Below, in pieces: positions 42,072 to 55,710 of a DNA stretch of 64,000 bases. Where the stretch lies: positions 23,560,001-23,624,000 of the forward strand of contig OZ024754.1 in NCBI GenBank assembly GCA_964016885.1, given 5' to 3'. The position numbers were made by a program, and so were the translations under genes. Each line of letters starts with the position of its first letter. Position 1 is the first letter of the stretch. The notes beneath the pieces were generated by a model. It was given only the letters and a program-made list of their open reading frames with translations. It made no database searches and was not told the DNA's origin. Source of the stretch: Eledone cirrhosa. Taxonomy: Eukaryota.

Positions 42072-43440
42072 TAAATGAGACTGGATGTCAAACCATTTTG
42101 GATTGCATGTAAAGGTGATAAAAAGATCAGGACGGCCACAATGGTGGACATAGGTCAGAATATCCTGCATTTTTTCATGCATGTAACGGGGGTCTCCAGT
42201 GTATGATGATGGGAGAATGACAGAAAGCCCAACATCCGAAGCATTAGCCTGATCATTTCGGTTTACTTCGTCGCGTAGATTGCCGTATTCTTCTGAACGC
42301 AGTTTCTTTTGATGATGTCTTATCCATTGGAAGCGTTCAGTGTCAATCTTAGCACATATGTCTACACAGTATTGATTGAGGAGCATCCGTGTTCTATGCA
42401 GAATGTTGACGTCGTTTTTGCGAAACATAAGTCTAAATGCATAAAATTCCATTTGTGAAATGGTTTTCCCTGGTGTAAGATGCATTAAACTTACAGGATT
42501 ACACTTTTTCAAATCAATGCGGTAGCCATCGTCGGCAAAGGGGAACAGCAATGGATACTGGAGAGCATCATATGCGGGATGAAGTTCATTTATTTTTTGA
42601 AGATGCGAGTCCTGCCATTCAATAACAATATCACGGTTTGAAGCGCTCTGATTAGGACGTGTTATAATCACCGCAACTTCATCGGTTTGGGGTCTATTAA
42701 AGCAACCCCGATGCTGCCCTGGTGGAGCGCGGTCATTTCGAATGACAACCTTGTATTGATTGTTGTTAGCATCTCTACGTTGTAAAGCAGTTTTGAAAAT
42801 GGTGATGTACGGGTTTATGGAATGAAGCATATATTGAAGGGGCTGCAGAAGAGAAGGTGTCGTTCCTTTAGCAACTGAAGCCCTTCGTGCAATTTCTTCA
42901 GGTCCGTTGCCCATAAAGTAGATCTGGAGAAAACTGTGTTCTTTGCCATCTTGTGGAATAAGTGATCCTATTTGATGGTAAATTTGGCTTTGCACTTTAA
43001 ATGTGGGCATATAATTCCCATCTTTTTATTGTTGTATGACCAAAGCTTGTCATTTGGAAAGCCGAATTGTAGGCTCTTATATTGCTGAAAAAGTGTTTAG
43101 AATCAGGGTGGTCTCCAAGCAGCAGAGAATTCAAAGGTTCGGCACCGACTTGTAAATAAGGCAATGTAACCGTTCCATTGGAGCAACATATACCGGTAGA
43201 TTCAGCTGGCCACCTCATTGCATTACAATGGACGCAAACAGTTGACATACTACCAATGATGATATGTGGATTGGATGCGTAGTCCTCTTGGGGGTTGTAT
43301 TGAAAACCTTTCTTAGACCAGTAACAGGAAGAATCCCTCGGAAAGACATAAGTACGCATTTTCCGTTGAGAATCAGCCGCAAGCCTTGTTGCCTTTGGTC
43401 AACAGTCTCTAAAGCACGGCTATTGGAAGTAGAAGCAGCA
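42072..43440 (-). pseudogene. Internal duplicate of the 5' part of Helitron RepHel
   Basis: Near-identical to ~46372-47740, with the same frameshifts. Confidence 0.92.
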
Positions 43441-43449
43441 TTGGATAAA

Positions 43450-46400
43450 CTATTGGAGGGCTGCCTTGTAAACCACATTTTTTGTAAATCTTCCGGGAGC
43501 GTAGTAAAAGAGACTTGCTGAGTTTCCAACTCTTGAACATCCCACATACAGTTGTCCGTGTGAAAAACATGGGGTACTGAGGTCCAGCTCAACCACTTTT
43601 AGTGATTGCCCCTGGGCTTTGTTAATGGTGATTGCAAAACTTAACCGAATGGGGAATTGAACTCTTTTCATCGGAAAGACACAGTCAGTTGGAATAAGTG
43701 GAACTCGGGAAATAAAAACAGAGTCACCAGCGCCTTTTCCAGTAATGATTGTAGCCTCGAGAACGTCATCCAACATTTGCGTTATAACCAAGCGTGTGCC
43801 ATTGCAAAGCCGAGGAGGTTCCAAATTTCTTAAGAGTATGATGGGACATCCAAGTCTTAGGCAGAGTTTATGCGGTGGCATTCCCGATGGTTCTTGTGAG
43901 TTTAAAAACTCTGTTGGGTAAAACGTTACTTGCGTTGGATCCGTAATCGAATCAATCGAAGCATAACATCGCTCTTGGGAAGGAAGTTGATAAAGCAGAC
44001 ATGTGTTAATAGCTTGGACGGTGGCATTCGTAGGGGCTAAGATAACCCTTTCACACATCCATTGATGACTGACGTAATTTGTTGAGAGGTCGGGGTAAAC
44101 TTTTGTGCAAAGGTCCCCAGTGCTGGAGACGTAGTTGCCGATGGTACTTATGTCAACGAAACCGTTTACGTCGATTAGTAAGTTCCCATTACCAACATCC
44201 AATAACTTTGAAGCAAAATAATTGTTACCGTCTTGTTGGTGGAGAATCGATCGCATGTTGATGGTTAACATTCTCGACTGGACGAAGCGCCAAAAATGAG
44301 AATGTTTAATGCAAGCGTCTATTTCATCACCTGGTTGACCTTTTGGGATGATGGGAAGAGTTTGACGAAAGTCCCCAGCAAGAAGCAGAACGACGCCACC
44401 GAAAGGTTTAGAGTTGGAGCGCAGGTCTTGTAGCGTTGCATTGATTGCATGAAGTGCATTCTTGTGAGACATTGTCGCCTCATCCCAGACAATCATTTTG
44501 CATTTTCGAAAGACAGCAGCCTCATCAGAATTCTTCTTTACATTAGTGGTAGGATTTTCAACATGACCAATGTTAAGGGGAAGCTTAAATGTTGAATGGA
44601 CTGTTCTGCCGCCGTCTAGCAGTGTTGCTGCTATTCCTGAAGATTCCATTGCAATGGCAATCTGTCCATGTTGGCGAACTTTGGCAAGAAGGAGGTTTAG
44701 TAGAAATGTCTTTCCTGTGCCACCTGGCGCATCAAGGAAGAGGATGCCACCGTTTATGTCTTCAAGCATGGTCAAAACAAAAGTATAGACATCAGCTTGT
44801 TCAGAATTCAAAAGTTTTTCTCTTTTTTGAATCCAGGACAGAAGCCTGGCAGCATTGTAGCATGTCTCCCTTAGTATGTGGCGGTTACAAACAGCCTCAT
44901 TTTCTCTTTTAGGGGATTCCATATAGTAGTTCTTCAAGGGATGGCCGGTCATTTCCAAAAGTATATCTTCTAGAAATATGAGACCGCAATTGTACATTTC
45001 ATGTGTAAATTGTAAATTCATGTCTGTGGACGCAAAGCGAGATTGCATTAGGATGTCCAAGCACATGCTGTCACGATATTTATCCCAGAAAGACTGTGGA
45101 TTCCCAAGACTGCAGTATACCAGCATAACGGCGAAAAGCTTACGAAGAGCAATTGGTGACTGCAACATTGATGCTTCATGGAGGGCGTGGTCATAGTGGT
45201 CATCGTTGTCGAGAAGACCTAATTTGGAGCAGGCCTCTTTAAATGTTGACCAAATATGGCCATTGACGGTACGGAGGTCTTCAAAGGAAGTCAGACCTTT
45301 GATAACGTGCAATAGAAGACGAAGGTGAAAACATTCTGAATTGAGCGGGTGAACTGTGTACACTCTTGAGAGGGCATCAGACTCACGCATCAAAGCATCC
45401 CTTTGTGAAATGCGTCCTCGCTTTCTTCTTTGCCAACAGCGGGAAGATTTATTCCACGTGTAGAATGTAGGCAACTCCGCATAAAGAAGTGTTCTGGCAA
45501 AAGAGTCTGAAGTACAAAGTTCAAAGAACCCTGTAAGGGTCGTTCTTCGAGGTTGTCTTGCACAGTCAAGCATATTTTCTTGGTTAAAATACACCCGTTG
45601 ACCATTCTCCAAATGAACGCTGAGATGAATAACTGCAGGTTCATGGATCGGAAAACCGAATATGCGCCAAAATCCCTCGTTAGAAGAGATGTAACGTCCA
45701 GTTTGAAAACACGTGACTTCATCTGTGACAGCATCAGGGTTATCGCTTTTAGCCAACTCAATAACTGCTCGATCAGCTCCCTTATGGACATACTTGCAGA
45801 TGTATTGGATTGCTTTGACGGAGTTGCAGAATTCAACGTTAATATGGGCTGAAAACATTTTACATAGCACCTTGTTATGTGGTACAACCCATCGGTTGTC
45901 AATAGTGAAATCTTGACCACCAAGCATTGTTATATTTGCCATATGTCCACCCTCATGCGGTGCTCGGCGACGGTATGAAGGGTAGCCATCATCACCAGTT
46001 TTGGTTTCATTGATGAGTTTACGTGGGTAACGCTTTGTACATCTCCTATTGTCCATACATGCAGATTTTGGATTTAGGTGGCCATGTATCATGTTGGCTT
46101 TTATGATTTGAAATAGCGAAGGGTCTTCTTGGGGATTTAGCAATTCAGCACTGATAATGGAATCAACATCAGTTGACATAAGTTTCTTTTGAAGCCAAAG
46201 GAGAATACGGGCATGTGGGAGTCCTCTCTTCTGCCATTCTACTGTGTACATGAAGCACCTTACTGGTCCAAAAAGTTGTCCGTATTTTAAAACATCCATC
46301 ATTTTTATAAGCTTCATGTGAAACACTCTGGATGTGATATCATGCCTGTGTGAAGGATTTTGGCCATGAAGTAAATGAGACTGGATGTCAAACCATTTTG

Positions 46401-47992
46401 GATTGCATGTAAAGGTGATACAAAAATCAGGACGGCCACAATGGCGGACATAGGTCAGAGCATCCTGCATTTTTTCATGCATGTAACGGGGGTCTCCAGT
46501 GTATGATGATGGGAGAATGACAGAAAGCCCAACATCCGAAGCATTAGCCTGATCATTTCGGTTTACTTCGTCACGTAGATTGCCGTATTCTTCTGAACGC
46601 AGTTCCTTTTGATGATGTCTTATCCATTGGAGGCATTCAGTGTCAATCTTAGCAAATATGTCTACACAGTATTGATTGAGGAGCATCCGTGTTCTATGCA
46701 GAATGTTGACGTCGTTTTTGCGAAACATAAGTCTAAATGCATAAAATTCCATTTGTGAAATGGTTTTCCCTGGTGTAAGATGCATTAAACTTACAGGATT
46801 ACCCTTTTGCAAATCAATGCGGTAGCCATCGTCGCCAAAGGGGAACAGCAATGGATACTGGAGAGCATCATATGCGGGATGAAGTTCATTTATTTTTTGA
46901 AGATGCGAGTCCTGCCATTCAATAACAATATCACGGTTTGAAGCGCTCTGATTAGGACGTGTTATAATCACCGCAACTTCATCGGTTTGGGGTCTATTAA
47001 AGCAACCCTGATGCTGCCCTGGTGGAGCGCGGTCATTTCGAATGACAACCTTGTATTGATTGTTGTTAGCATCTCTACGTTGTAAAGCAGTTTTGAAAAT
47101 GGTAATGTACGGGTTTATGGAATGAAGCATATATTGAAGGGGCTGCAGAAGAGAAGGTGTCGTTCCTTTAGCAACTGAAGCCCTTCGTGCAATTTCTTCA
47201 GGTCCGTTGCCCATAAAGTAGATCTGGAGAAAACTGTGTTCTTTGCCATCTTGTGGAATAAGTGATCCTATTTGATGGTAAATTTGGCTTTGCACTTTAA
47301 ATGTGGGCATATAATTCCCATCTTTTTATTGTTGTATGACCAAAGCTTGTCATTTGGAAAGTCGAATTGTAGGCTCTTATATTTCTGAAAAAGTGTTTAG
47401 AATCAGGGTGGTCTCCAAGCAGCAGAGAATTCAAAGGTTCGGCACCGACTTGTAAATAAGGCAATGTAACCGTTCCATTGGAGCAACATATACCGGTAGA
47501 TTCAGCTGGCCACCTCATTGCATTACAATGGACGCAAACAGTTGACATACTACCAATGATGATATGTGGATTGGATGCGTAGTCCTCTTGGGGGTTGTAT
47601 TGAAAACCTTTCTTAGACCAGTAACAGGAAGAATCCCTCGGAAAGACATAAGTACGCATTTTCCGTTGAGAATCAGCCGCAAGCCTTGTTGCCCTTTGGT
47701 CAACAGTCTCTAAAGCACGGCTATTGGAATTAGAGCAGCATTGCGAGCACGCCGGAGTTCTGCTTGTTCAGCTTTCTGTAATGCTCTGATGTTCAAAGTA
47801 GAGGCAGCATTGTGAGCACGCCGGAGTTCTGCTTGTTCAGTTGTTTGTAATGCTCTGGCGATCGAGGTAGAAGCAGCATTGCGAGCACGCCGTAGCACAC
47901 ATTGTTCTTCTGTTTCGCTTGCGCGCAAAGAACGCAAAGCAAAAGCATTTTTTTGTTTTTTTTCCAATGTTACTCTTTCTTTTTCGAGGCAT
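43450..47992 (-). pseudogene. Helitron Rep/PIF1-helicase (1286-aa ORF 43450-47310 plus frameshifted N-terminus from MPRKRK at 47992)
   Basis: ITFTCNPKW, EWQKRGLPHAR, YICKYVHKG, Walker A DAPGGTGKT, IVWDEA, GDFRQTLP, RLCNGTRL, QFPIRLSFAITINKAQGQ, FSHGQLYVGCSRV. Confidence 0.95.
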
Positions 47993-48345
47993 TGTACCGA
48001 AAATATGTAATTGAATAAAGCTGATACAAATCAATTAAAAGAAATAAATAGTTGTGTACAATGTGTACATTTTTGTAATAATAAGCAAAACGAAAAAGTA
48101 TATTTTATCATCTGCTTTTTCTACACGGGAATTATATATTAGATTTTCATACTTACAAAATAATTTTGCTAATATCGTGTTTAGCAGTGTCGGTTGAGCA
48201 ATGTGTAAATATTTGATTAAAAACCAAAAGACAAACAGTAAATATATTTCAACCTCTGAATAAGTATTAAAGAAATGACGATTTTTCACTTTGAAAATAT
48301 GATTTATGACATCAAAACTGCTTTAGCGTTTAATTTTTTGAATAA

Positions 48346-49060
48346 AAAGTATCGTCTGTTATTTCTTACAATTAACACATTTCTACACATACACACACAT
48401 GCACACACGCACACACATACGCACGTACACACACACACACAAACACATACACAGACAAACATACACACAAACACACACACATACACACACACACACATAC
48501 ACACACAATCCCAAGACGTGACGTTGTGGAAGAGGGAGAGTTAAGAAGTGTAATAAGTTAAAATTATAAACACTGTATTTATCGCGAAAGTATCGTCTGT
48601 TATTTCTTACAATTAACACATTTATACACATACACACACACATGCACACACGCACACACATACGCACGTACACACACACACACAAACACATACACACACA
48701 TACACACACATACACACACACACATACGCACACAATCCCAAGACGTGACGTTGTGGAAGGGGGAGAGTTAAGAAGTGTAATAAATAAGTTAAAATTATAA
48801 ACGCTGTATTTATCATATTCGCGTCGCACACACTCCTCTCTTTCTTTATTTTACTCTCCCTCTCTCACTCCTCTCTTTCTATCTCCCTCTCACACATCCT
48901 TCTCTCTCTGGCCGTTATGGAAATTACACACACACACACACACACACACACATGCACGCACACATACACACACAAACACACACACACACACATACACACG
49001 CACATACACATATAATCCCATAACGTCGTGTTGTGGAAGGGGGAGAGTTAAGAAGTGTGT
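48346..49060. repeat. ~240-bp (CA)-rich tandem units inside the Helitron 5' region
   Basis: aagtatcgtctgttattt..aatcccaagacgtgacgttgtggaag repeated 2-3 times. Confidence 0.85.
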
Positions 49061-49942
49061 AAAAGGAACGCTCTCTCTCTTTAATGGCCGTCATGGAATT
49101 TGTTAGTGCAAAAGTCTATCTATATATATAATTCCCGTTCTGTGTGTGTGTGTAAAAGAGTTTCACTTGGAAAATATTCCATCCATCTCTGTCAAATTAA
49201 ACACAGCCAAAATAGGCTGAAAATCGAAGTTTGTGACTTCGAAATTAATCATTATGAAATAATTTTTTCTTTATGTTACAAACCGTAGCCTATTTTGGCT
49301 ATGTGTTTAATTTGACAGAGATGGATGGAATATTTTCCAAGTGAAACTCTTTTACACACACACACAGAACGGGAATTATATATATAGATTACAATTGTTT
49401 CTCCGGTGAACAGCTCAAGGTGCGATCTGTTTGTGGATCGAACCTGACTCTGCATTCACAAGTTCCTCAGATACGTCTAGTGATTTCGATACAAATTCTC
49501 TTTCTGCAGGGCTCCGACCATTCAAGTCTATATCATCTGCCTTCATCCTGTTTGTGCGGCCCTTAGATTGGTCGATGGTTCATGACGTCATCATAGTTCT
49601 TGACCACTGAAATCTGCCCACTGGCCATCTCCGTTCAGGTGTGAGCTGTCACATAAAATTACTGTTCTGTGTAGTATGATCTTTATTATTTCGCAGGCCA
49701 ATCCTTTGCTTGGCAGCTTCCCCCATACATAAACATCCATAATCACATGTGCTCACATCTATATAGAGGTATTATGTATATATATATATAGTAATAATAA
49801 TAAATTTGAAGACTAAAATCCAAAGAGGGCTCGATAAGGATAAATATATATCAAATATATTTATCGTAGAGCAAATATTTATTAAAATAACAGATTAAAT
49901 ATATTTATCGTAGAGCAAATATTTATTAAAATAACAGATTAA

Positions 49943-49993
49943 AGTTTAAGCAAAGAATCGCTGCTTTCACCCTTAACGGGATCTTCTGAAACT
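49943..49993 (-). ncRNA. Family A hammerhead variant (CAGAAGA core)
   Basis: Reverse complement of the 33106-33156 motif. Confidence 0.7.
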
Positions 49994-52900
49994 AACAAAG
50001 TCAATCTGTAAACGCAGAACTGGATATTTCAAAAAACGTTGCAACCGGAGGAAGACAGGAAGACGATACTTTGGTTCGTGGAAACGTTCGCTGGCGAAGA
50101 ACGGGAAAAAAAACGAATAATACGTCATTAATAGGAGCGGTGAAAAACAATTACGCGCAAAGACAGAACCACGTTTATGGTATAAAAGAGGTCGTAGACT
50201 AATGTTCCCTTAGGTGGTGCATAGAGACGTTCTCTGGCAATGAACGACAAAACGAAGATAATACGTCATATGTGGAGCGTGGAGAACAATAGCACGCAAA
50301 GACAAAACCACGTAAATGGCATAGCAGAAGTCGTAGACTAAAATTCTAACTAGGAGACCAAATGAATCTCCGCTACAGAGTTAAGAACAAAGTAAATAAA
50401 TACAATACAGAAGTAATAAATAAATACATACACGCAAACAAAAACGTACATACACAAGCACACGCAAAACCTTACCATAGGTATACAAAACCACGCACAT
50501 ATAAATATGTGTGTGTGTGTATGCGTGTATACAAATAAATAAATAATTATATAAACGTATATAAATAAATAAATACGTATATAACAAGCGCACACACATA
50601 CCTACATATAAATACACGAATGTTCGGAGACGTAAGTCAACTAAAACAAGAAGTACACATATACACACACCCACCATACGTACGAACCTACATAATCACA
50701 CAGAATATATAAAATGATACGCCATAGCAATCAATTATACGTACGAGAAGGTATACGTACCTTCACAAAACATACGGGTAGTATATACTTACCTATGCAA
50801 ATAAGTAAAGGAATAAACAAAACATATACTTAGCTCCCACATCAAGACGTAAAATATCCACGTATAGATCGTACTATCCGTTAGGGTATAACGTGGGGCT
50901 GTAATACAGGAAAGTTTTGTGCAATTTATGTTTACAAGCCGAAATTGCCTCAGATTTTTTGTTTAAGATGTGGTCTGCGGCGTAGAGTATTTCCAGGGCC
51001 TCAGCGGCGCAGAGGTCACATGGTCTTTTATTTCCGTTATACTAGGATCTCCCAGTGTAACTTATATTGGGTGTGGTTGTCTTTTAGACTCCAGATATAA
51101 GCTGAAAGTGACGTCATATTCCTTCTTAGAGGGTAACGAAAAGAATGGGTATGCATGTAAAGACGCTGCTTGAAACTATTGGCGGTTAACCCTATGTAGG
51201 CCCTACGGAACGTGGGTGTTACAACCTTACATTTGTAGACAATGTTACTAGAGAGGCATTTCCCGGATAGGGGGCAATCAGCCCGATTCCTACAATTACA
51301 GTTAGTACTAACTACAGGGTTGCACGTGTTCCTACGGCTAGGTAGTTTAGCTAGATTTGAAGCTGTGATGTTATGTGCAAGGTTAGGAGTCGTAGAGTAA
51401 GAAATTTTAATAGTATTTCTATTAAAAATTTTACTATATTTATGTGTAGGGGGAAAATGCTTCGTAATAAGGGAAAGAAAGATCTTAGCTAATGGTGTGG
51501 CCACCTCCATATTATATGGTGGGTTATACCAACAAATGCGACGGGATCTATTTCTTCTAGGTCTATTTTCGTACTCTGTATATGCTACCTTATCGACAAA
51601 TCCACTTCGAGCAAGAGCTTCATTGTAATAAGTGGAATGGTCGTTGAAAATACGCTCGTTGGTGGAAAGACGGGAAAGCCTCAACGAAACGTTTCATACC
51701 AGGTTCTTGGTTATGCTGGCAGGATGGTTGGAATGCTTACTTATGTAATTAAGCGTATCATTCGGCTTTCTATACGGGTAATACAACCCATTCAATAAAT
51801 TGAGGGTAACATCGAGGTAGTTAACGACTGAGAGATTGGCCTCAACCTGTATAGAGAGGTTGAAGCCTTTAAAGAAGGCTGTGAGTTCTTTTCTGAACCT
51901 GTCGCAAGCACGAGGTCCGCACTTAGTCATGGTCAAAAGACCATCGTCACGGTACAAACCACCGCCCGCGTTGGGGAATTCGTCCTTGATAGAGAAAAGA
52001 AGGAAAAGGCCAATAAGATCAGTAACCTCCGCAGAGTCACTGGCGCCCATACTCACGTCGAATGGGGTACTATTGGATTTTTTTATCCAAATAGAGTCGT
52101 CGAAATTAATCACCGACTTTCGGGCATTGAGGATGACATCAACTTCGAAATCCTTAACCACTGTGAGTGTTTTAGCGAAATTGATAGCTCTAAGGAGAAG
52201 TGGTAAAGTGATGGAGGAGTAGTAATTGTTGATGTCGAATTGGATAAAACGGCAATGTTCCTTGTTACATATGCCGTTGAACCAATCAATCACCGCGAAA
52301 GAATTGTTCCACAGTGCAAGAGGGGCCAAACTTCTAATTTCAGGTATAATTCTATCAAGAATCGTTTTACTAAGTTTACCTAAATCGGACTTTGTAGGAT
52401 AGGTAAGTATATACTACCCGTATGTTTTGTGAAGGTACATATACCTTCTCGTACGTATAATTGATTGCTATGGCGTATCATTTTATATATTCTGTGTGAT
52501 TATGTAGGTTCGTACGTATGGTGGGTGTGTGTATATGTGTACTTCTTGTTTTAGTTGACTTACGTCTCCGAACATTCGTGTATTTATATGTAGGTATGTG
52601 TGTGCGCTTGTTATATACGTATTTATTTATTTATATACGTTTATATAATTATTTATTTATTTGTATACACGCATACACACACACACATATTTATATGTGC
52701 GTGGTTTTGTATACCTATGGTAAGGTTTTGCGTATGCTGGTGTATGTACGTTTTTGTTTGCGTGTATGTATTTATTTATTACTTCTGTATTGTATTTATT
52801 TACTTTGTTCTTAACTCTGTAGCGGAGATTCATTTGGTCTCCTAGTTAGAATTTTAGTCTACGACTTCTGCTATACCATTTACGTGGTTTTGTCGTTGCG

Positions 52901-53201
52901 TGCTATTGTTCTCCACGCTCCACATATGACGTATTATCTTCGTTTTTTCGTTCATTTCCAGAGAACGTCTCTATGCACCACCTAAGAGTACATTAGTCTA
53001 CGACCTCTTTTATACCATAAACGTGGTTCTGTCTTTGCGCGTAATTGTTTTTCACCGCTCCTATTAATGACGTATTATTCGTTTTTTTTCCCGTTCTTCG
53101 CCAGCGAACGTTTCCACGAACCAAAGTATCGTCTTCCTGTCTTCCTCCGGTTGCAACGTTTTTTGAAATATCCAGTTCTGCGTTTACAGATTGACTTTGT
53201 T

Positions 53202-53252
53202 AGTTTCAGAAGATCCCGTTAAGGGTGAAAGCAGCAATTCTTTGCTTAAACT
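53202..53252 (+). ncRNA. Family A hammerhead variant (CAGAAGA core)
   Basis: Same motif as 33106-33156. Confidence 0.7.
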
Positions 53253-53268
53253 TTAATCTGTTATTTTA

Positions 53269-53327
<59 letters not shown>

Positions 53328-53328
<1 letters not shown>

Positions 53329-53711
53329 GGAATGTAACATCCAGTTACTGTAGGTTCACCAGAGTGAGCACTCAGTGTGTAGTTTCCAGTAAGTATAGAG
53401 GTGTAGAACTAAGCAGAGTGTAAATATAATAATAAAAAGAATGTTTCACTATTGATCAGCTCAAGGTTCGATCTGTATCTATAAAGCCCGGCTCTGGAAT
53501 AAAAAAATTGTTGGACCTTTGCTGACCATTCCGATGAACTTTTGATTCTAGAGTCGGGCTAGATCGATAGAGATCGATAGAGATCAATAGTGAAACATCC
53601 TTTTTATTATTATATTTACACTCTGCTTAGTTCTTGACCTCTATACTTACTGGAAACTACACATCGAGTGCTCACTCTGGTGAACATACAGTAACTGGAT
53701 GTTACATTCCC
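53328..53711. repeat. ~130-bp inverted repeat (53328-53457/53582-53711)
   Basis: Arms are reverse complements. The spacer shares cagctcaaggt.cgatctg with 49411-49429. Confidence 0.8.
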
Positions 53712-53716
53712 AACTG

Positions 53717-54048
53717 AGCATGGATATGTTGAGAGAGAAACTGTGTCTGAGAGGGATAAGTTGTAGTGTGATAAGAGAGGAGATTGCGATGGTATGGACA
53801 TGTGATGCACATGGAGGATGAGCGATGGGTGAAGAAGTGTCAAGAAATGCCAGTTGAAGGAAGACGTAGTAGAGGAAGACCACGAAAAACATGGGCGGAG
53901 GTGGTGAGAGCTGACGTCAGATCACTGAAGCTCACGGTGGAGATGATGAAATACCGTAATAAGTGGAGAGATGTTGTGCTGAATAGGACCTGCCCCACCC
54001 TTGCAAGCAGGGAAAATCAGATGTAAAATGATGATGATGATGATGATG
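53717..54048 (+). mobile_element. RTE LINE 3' end with (GAT)n tail
   Basis: LRWYGHVMHMEDERWVKKC..VEGRRSRGRPRKTW. Confidence 0.88.
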
Positions 54049-54465
54049 AAGACAATGTCACTGGATGGAGACCTTTGGTGCCACGCAGTAATACAGAAGA
54101 CCCACCTTTCCTACGTACAAAGTTGACCTACAGTCAGTAGGCATCTCTTAACCAAACATACACCCAACCCACTACCCCTACTCCATCCTCTCATTCCCAC
54201 CAACATCACCCTTTCTCTGTAAAGTTATGTTGTTACCACAGAACATGCAGTCCAAACTAAAGAGGTTGTGTAGGTATGACAACAAAAAGCACCCAGTCCA
54301 CGCTGTAAAGTGGTCATGTAGGAGACACAGTAAAAAGGCTCCAAGTCCACACTGTAAATGTGGCTGGTCTTAGGAAGAGCATCCAATCGTAGAAGACCTG
54401 ACAGATACAGTCCTATACGAGCGATTTTGCCTCGTATGTATATATATATGTATGTATATATGTAA

Positions 54466-54892
54466 GAGTCAATGGCCATCCAAAATCACCGGGAGAGATG
54501 ACCTTTGTCAAGGCAGAATTCTAGGAGAAGGAAAACTCTGATATAACACCTGCAACCCTGATGGTATCCAATGATGTTGACTTGTTCTTCTTTTTGGTAA
54601 ATATCATCTTGGTTAAGAGAGTGGGACTGGCTTTGTGCAGTGCCTTTGCTCACTATAAAAGCTTCACGGCACAGGCATTGCTTTATATCTGGAGATCTCT
54701 CTGCACTTGTCGTCACATGGTACCAAGGGCCCAGCACTATGTGCCAATAATTGTCACAAGTGTAGTGTTTGTACCAGAGTTTTCAAGTCGCTGGCTGGAC
54801 TAAAAAGTCACACTCGTTCAGCGCATCGGTAGGGGTTCTCCTACATGGATATAAAGTAGTGGCCGTACTCGAAAACGAGTTGGCAGCCACCA
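54466..54892 (+). repeat. Family G copy
   Basis: Matches 22587-23021. Confidence 0.9.
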
Positions 54893-54956
54893 TGTATGTA
54901 TGTATGTATGTATGTATGTATGTATGTATGTATGTATGTATGTATGTATGTATGTA

Positions 54957-55710
54957 TGTTCTTCTGGTTTTATAATTTCACAAAGTGTTACCAATAGAGA
55001 GAGAGTCGGTTTCTAACATAGAAACAAGACTCTCTCATTGGAATTTACAGAACATCAACTAGGTAGATATGTATGTATGCATGCATGTGTAGATATGGAT
55101 GTTATTGTATGTGTGGATGTGGATGTTTTGAGTTGTATGTGTGCATGTGTATATGCTTTGTATCTGTACATGTGTATGTATGCATGTGTATATGCTTTGT
55201 ATCTGTATTAGATGCATGTATGTATATATGTATATATGTATGTATCGTATGCATGTTCTTCTGGTTTTATAATTTCACAAAGTTTTACCAATAGAGAGAG
55301 AGTCGGTTTCTAACATAGACACAAGACTCTCTCATTGGAATTTACACAACATCAACTAGGTAGATATGTATGTATGCATGCATGTGTAGATATGGATGTT
55401 ATTGTATGTGTGGATGTGGATGTTTTGAGTTGTATGTGTGCATGTGTATATGCTTTGTATCTGTACATGTGTATATGCAGTTATTAGATGCAACATTTTT
55501 GGAATGTTTTACATATTTTTACTGTTCCATTAATGGATTGTACTTGTAGTTTCCTAACTAGTTGTGTTCTTTCTGTTCCTGTGAAGCCTAGCTTCTCAAG
55601 ATTTGTATTGAGGCAGTTACTAACATACCCCAGTGCCCCAATAATCACAGGCATAAATCTGAAGGTGTAATCAGGGTGGAGTATCTGCAGATTTCTCATC
55701 AGTTCTGCAT
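54957..55710 (-). mobile_element. R4/Dong-like (RLE) non-LTR 3' fragment with duplicated 3'UTR, inside (TATG)n
   Basis: ELMRNLQILHPDY..MPVIIGALG..LEKLG..KICKTF C-terminus. 54957-55205 resembles 55255-55470. Confidence 0.65.

Larger units (their letters stand above)
41807..49388 (-). mobile_element. Helitron, structurally complete, 7582 bp
   Basis: 5' TCTATATATATAA at 49388. 3' hairpin CCGTCC-AAT-GGACGG (41821-41835) plus CTAG (41807). Inserted at A^T with no TSD; the flanks rejoin to a family F repeat. Confidence 0.93.
49785..53275 (-). mobile_element. PLE family A: minus copy (tail, pLTR, GIY-YIG, RT; 49785-52398) plus inverted pLTR (52399-53275)
   Basis: ORFs 51694-52329 (RT) and 51037-51684 (EN). 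The ~870-bp inverted pLTR pair is a typical PLE structure. Confidence 0.93.

Noticed and set aside
43450-47310. Host PIF1 helicase gene or active autonomous Helitron
   Set aside because: It is intronless, fused to a Rep domain and bounded by Helitron termini. The HUH motif is mutated and the N-terminus frameshifted.
50075-50105. GAAA-CG-TT-CG-CTGGCGA as a type-II hammerhead on the antisense strand of family A
   Set aside because: Helices I and III would be only 2 nt, the core is not conserved across copies, and the family already has a sense-strand HHR.
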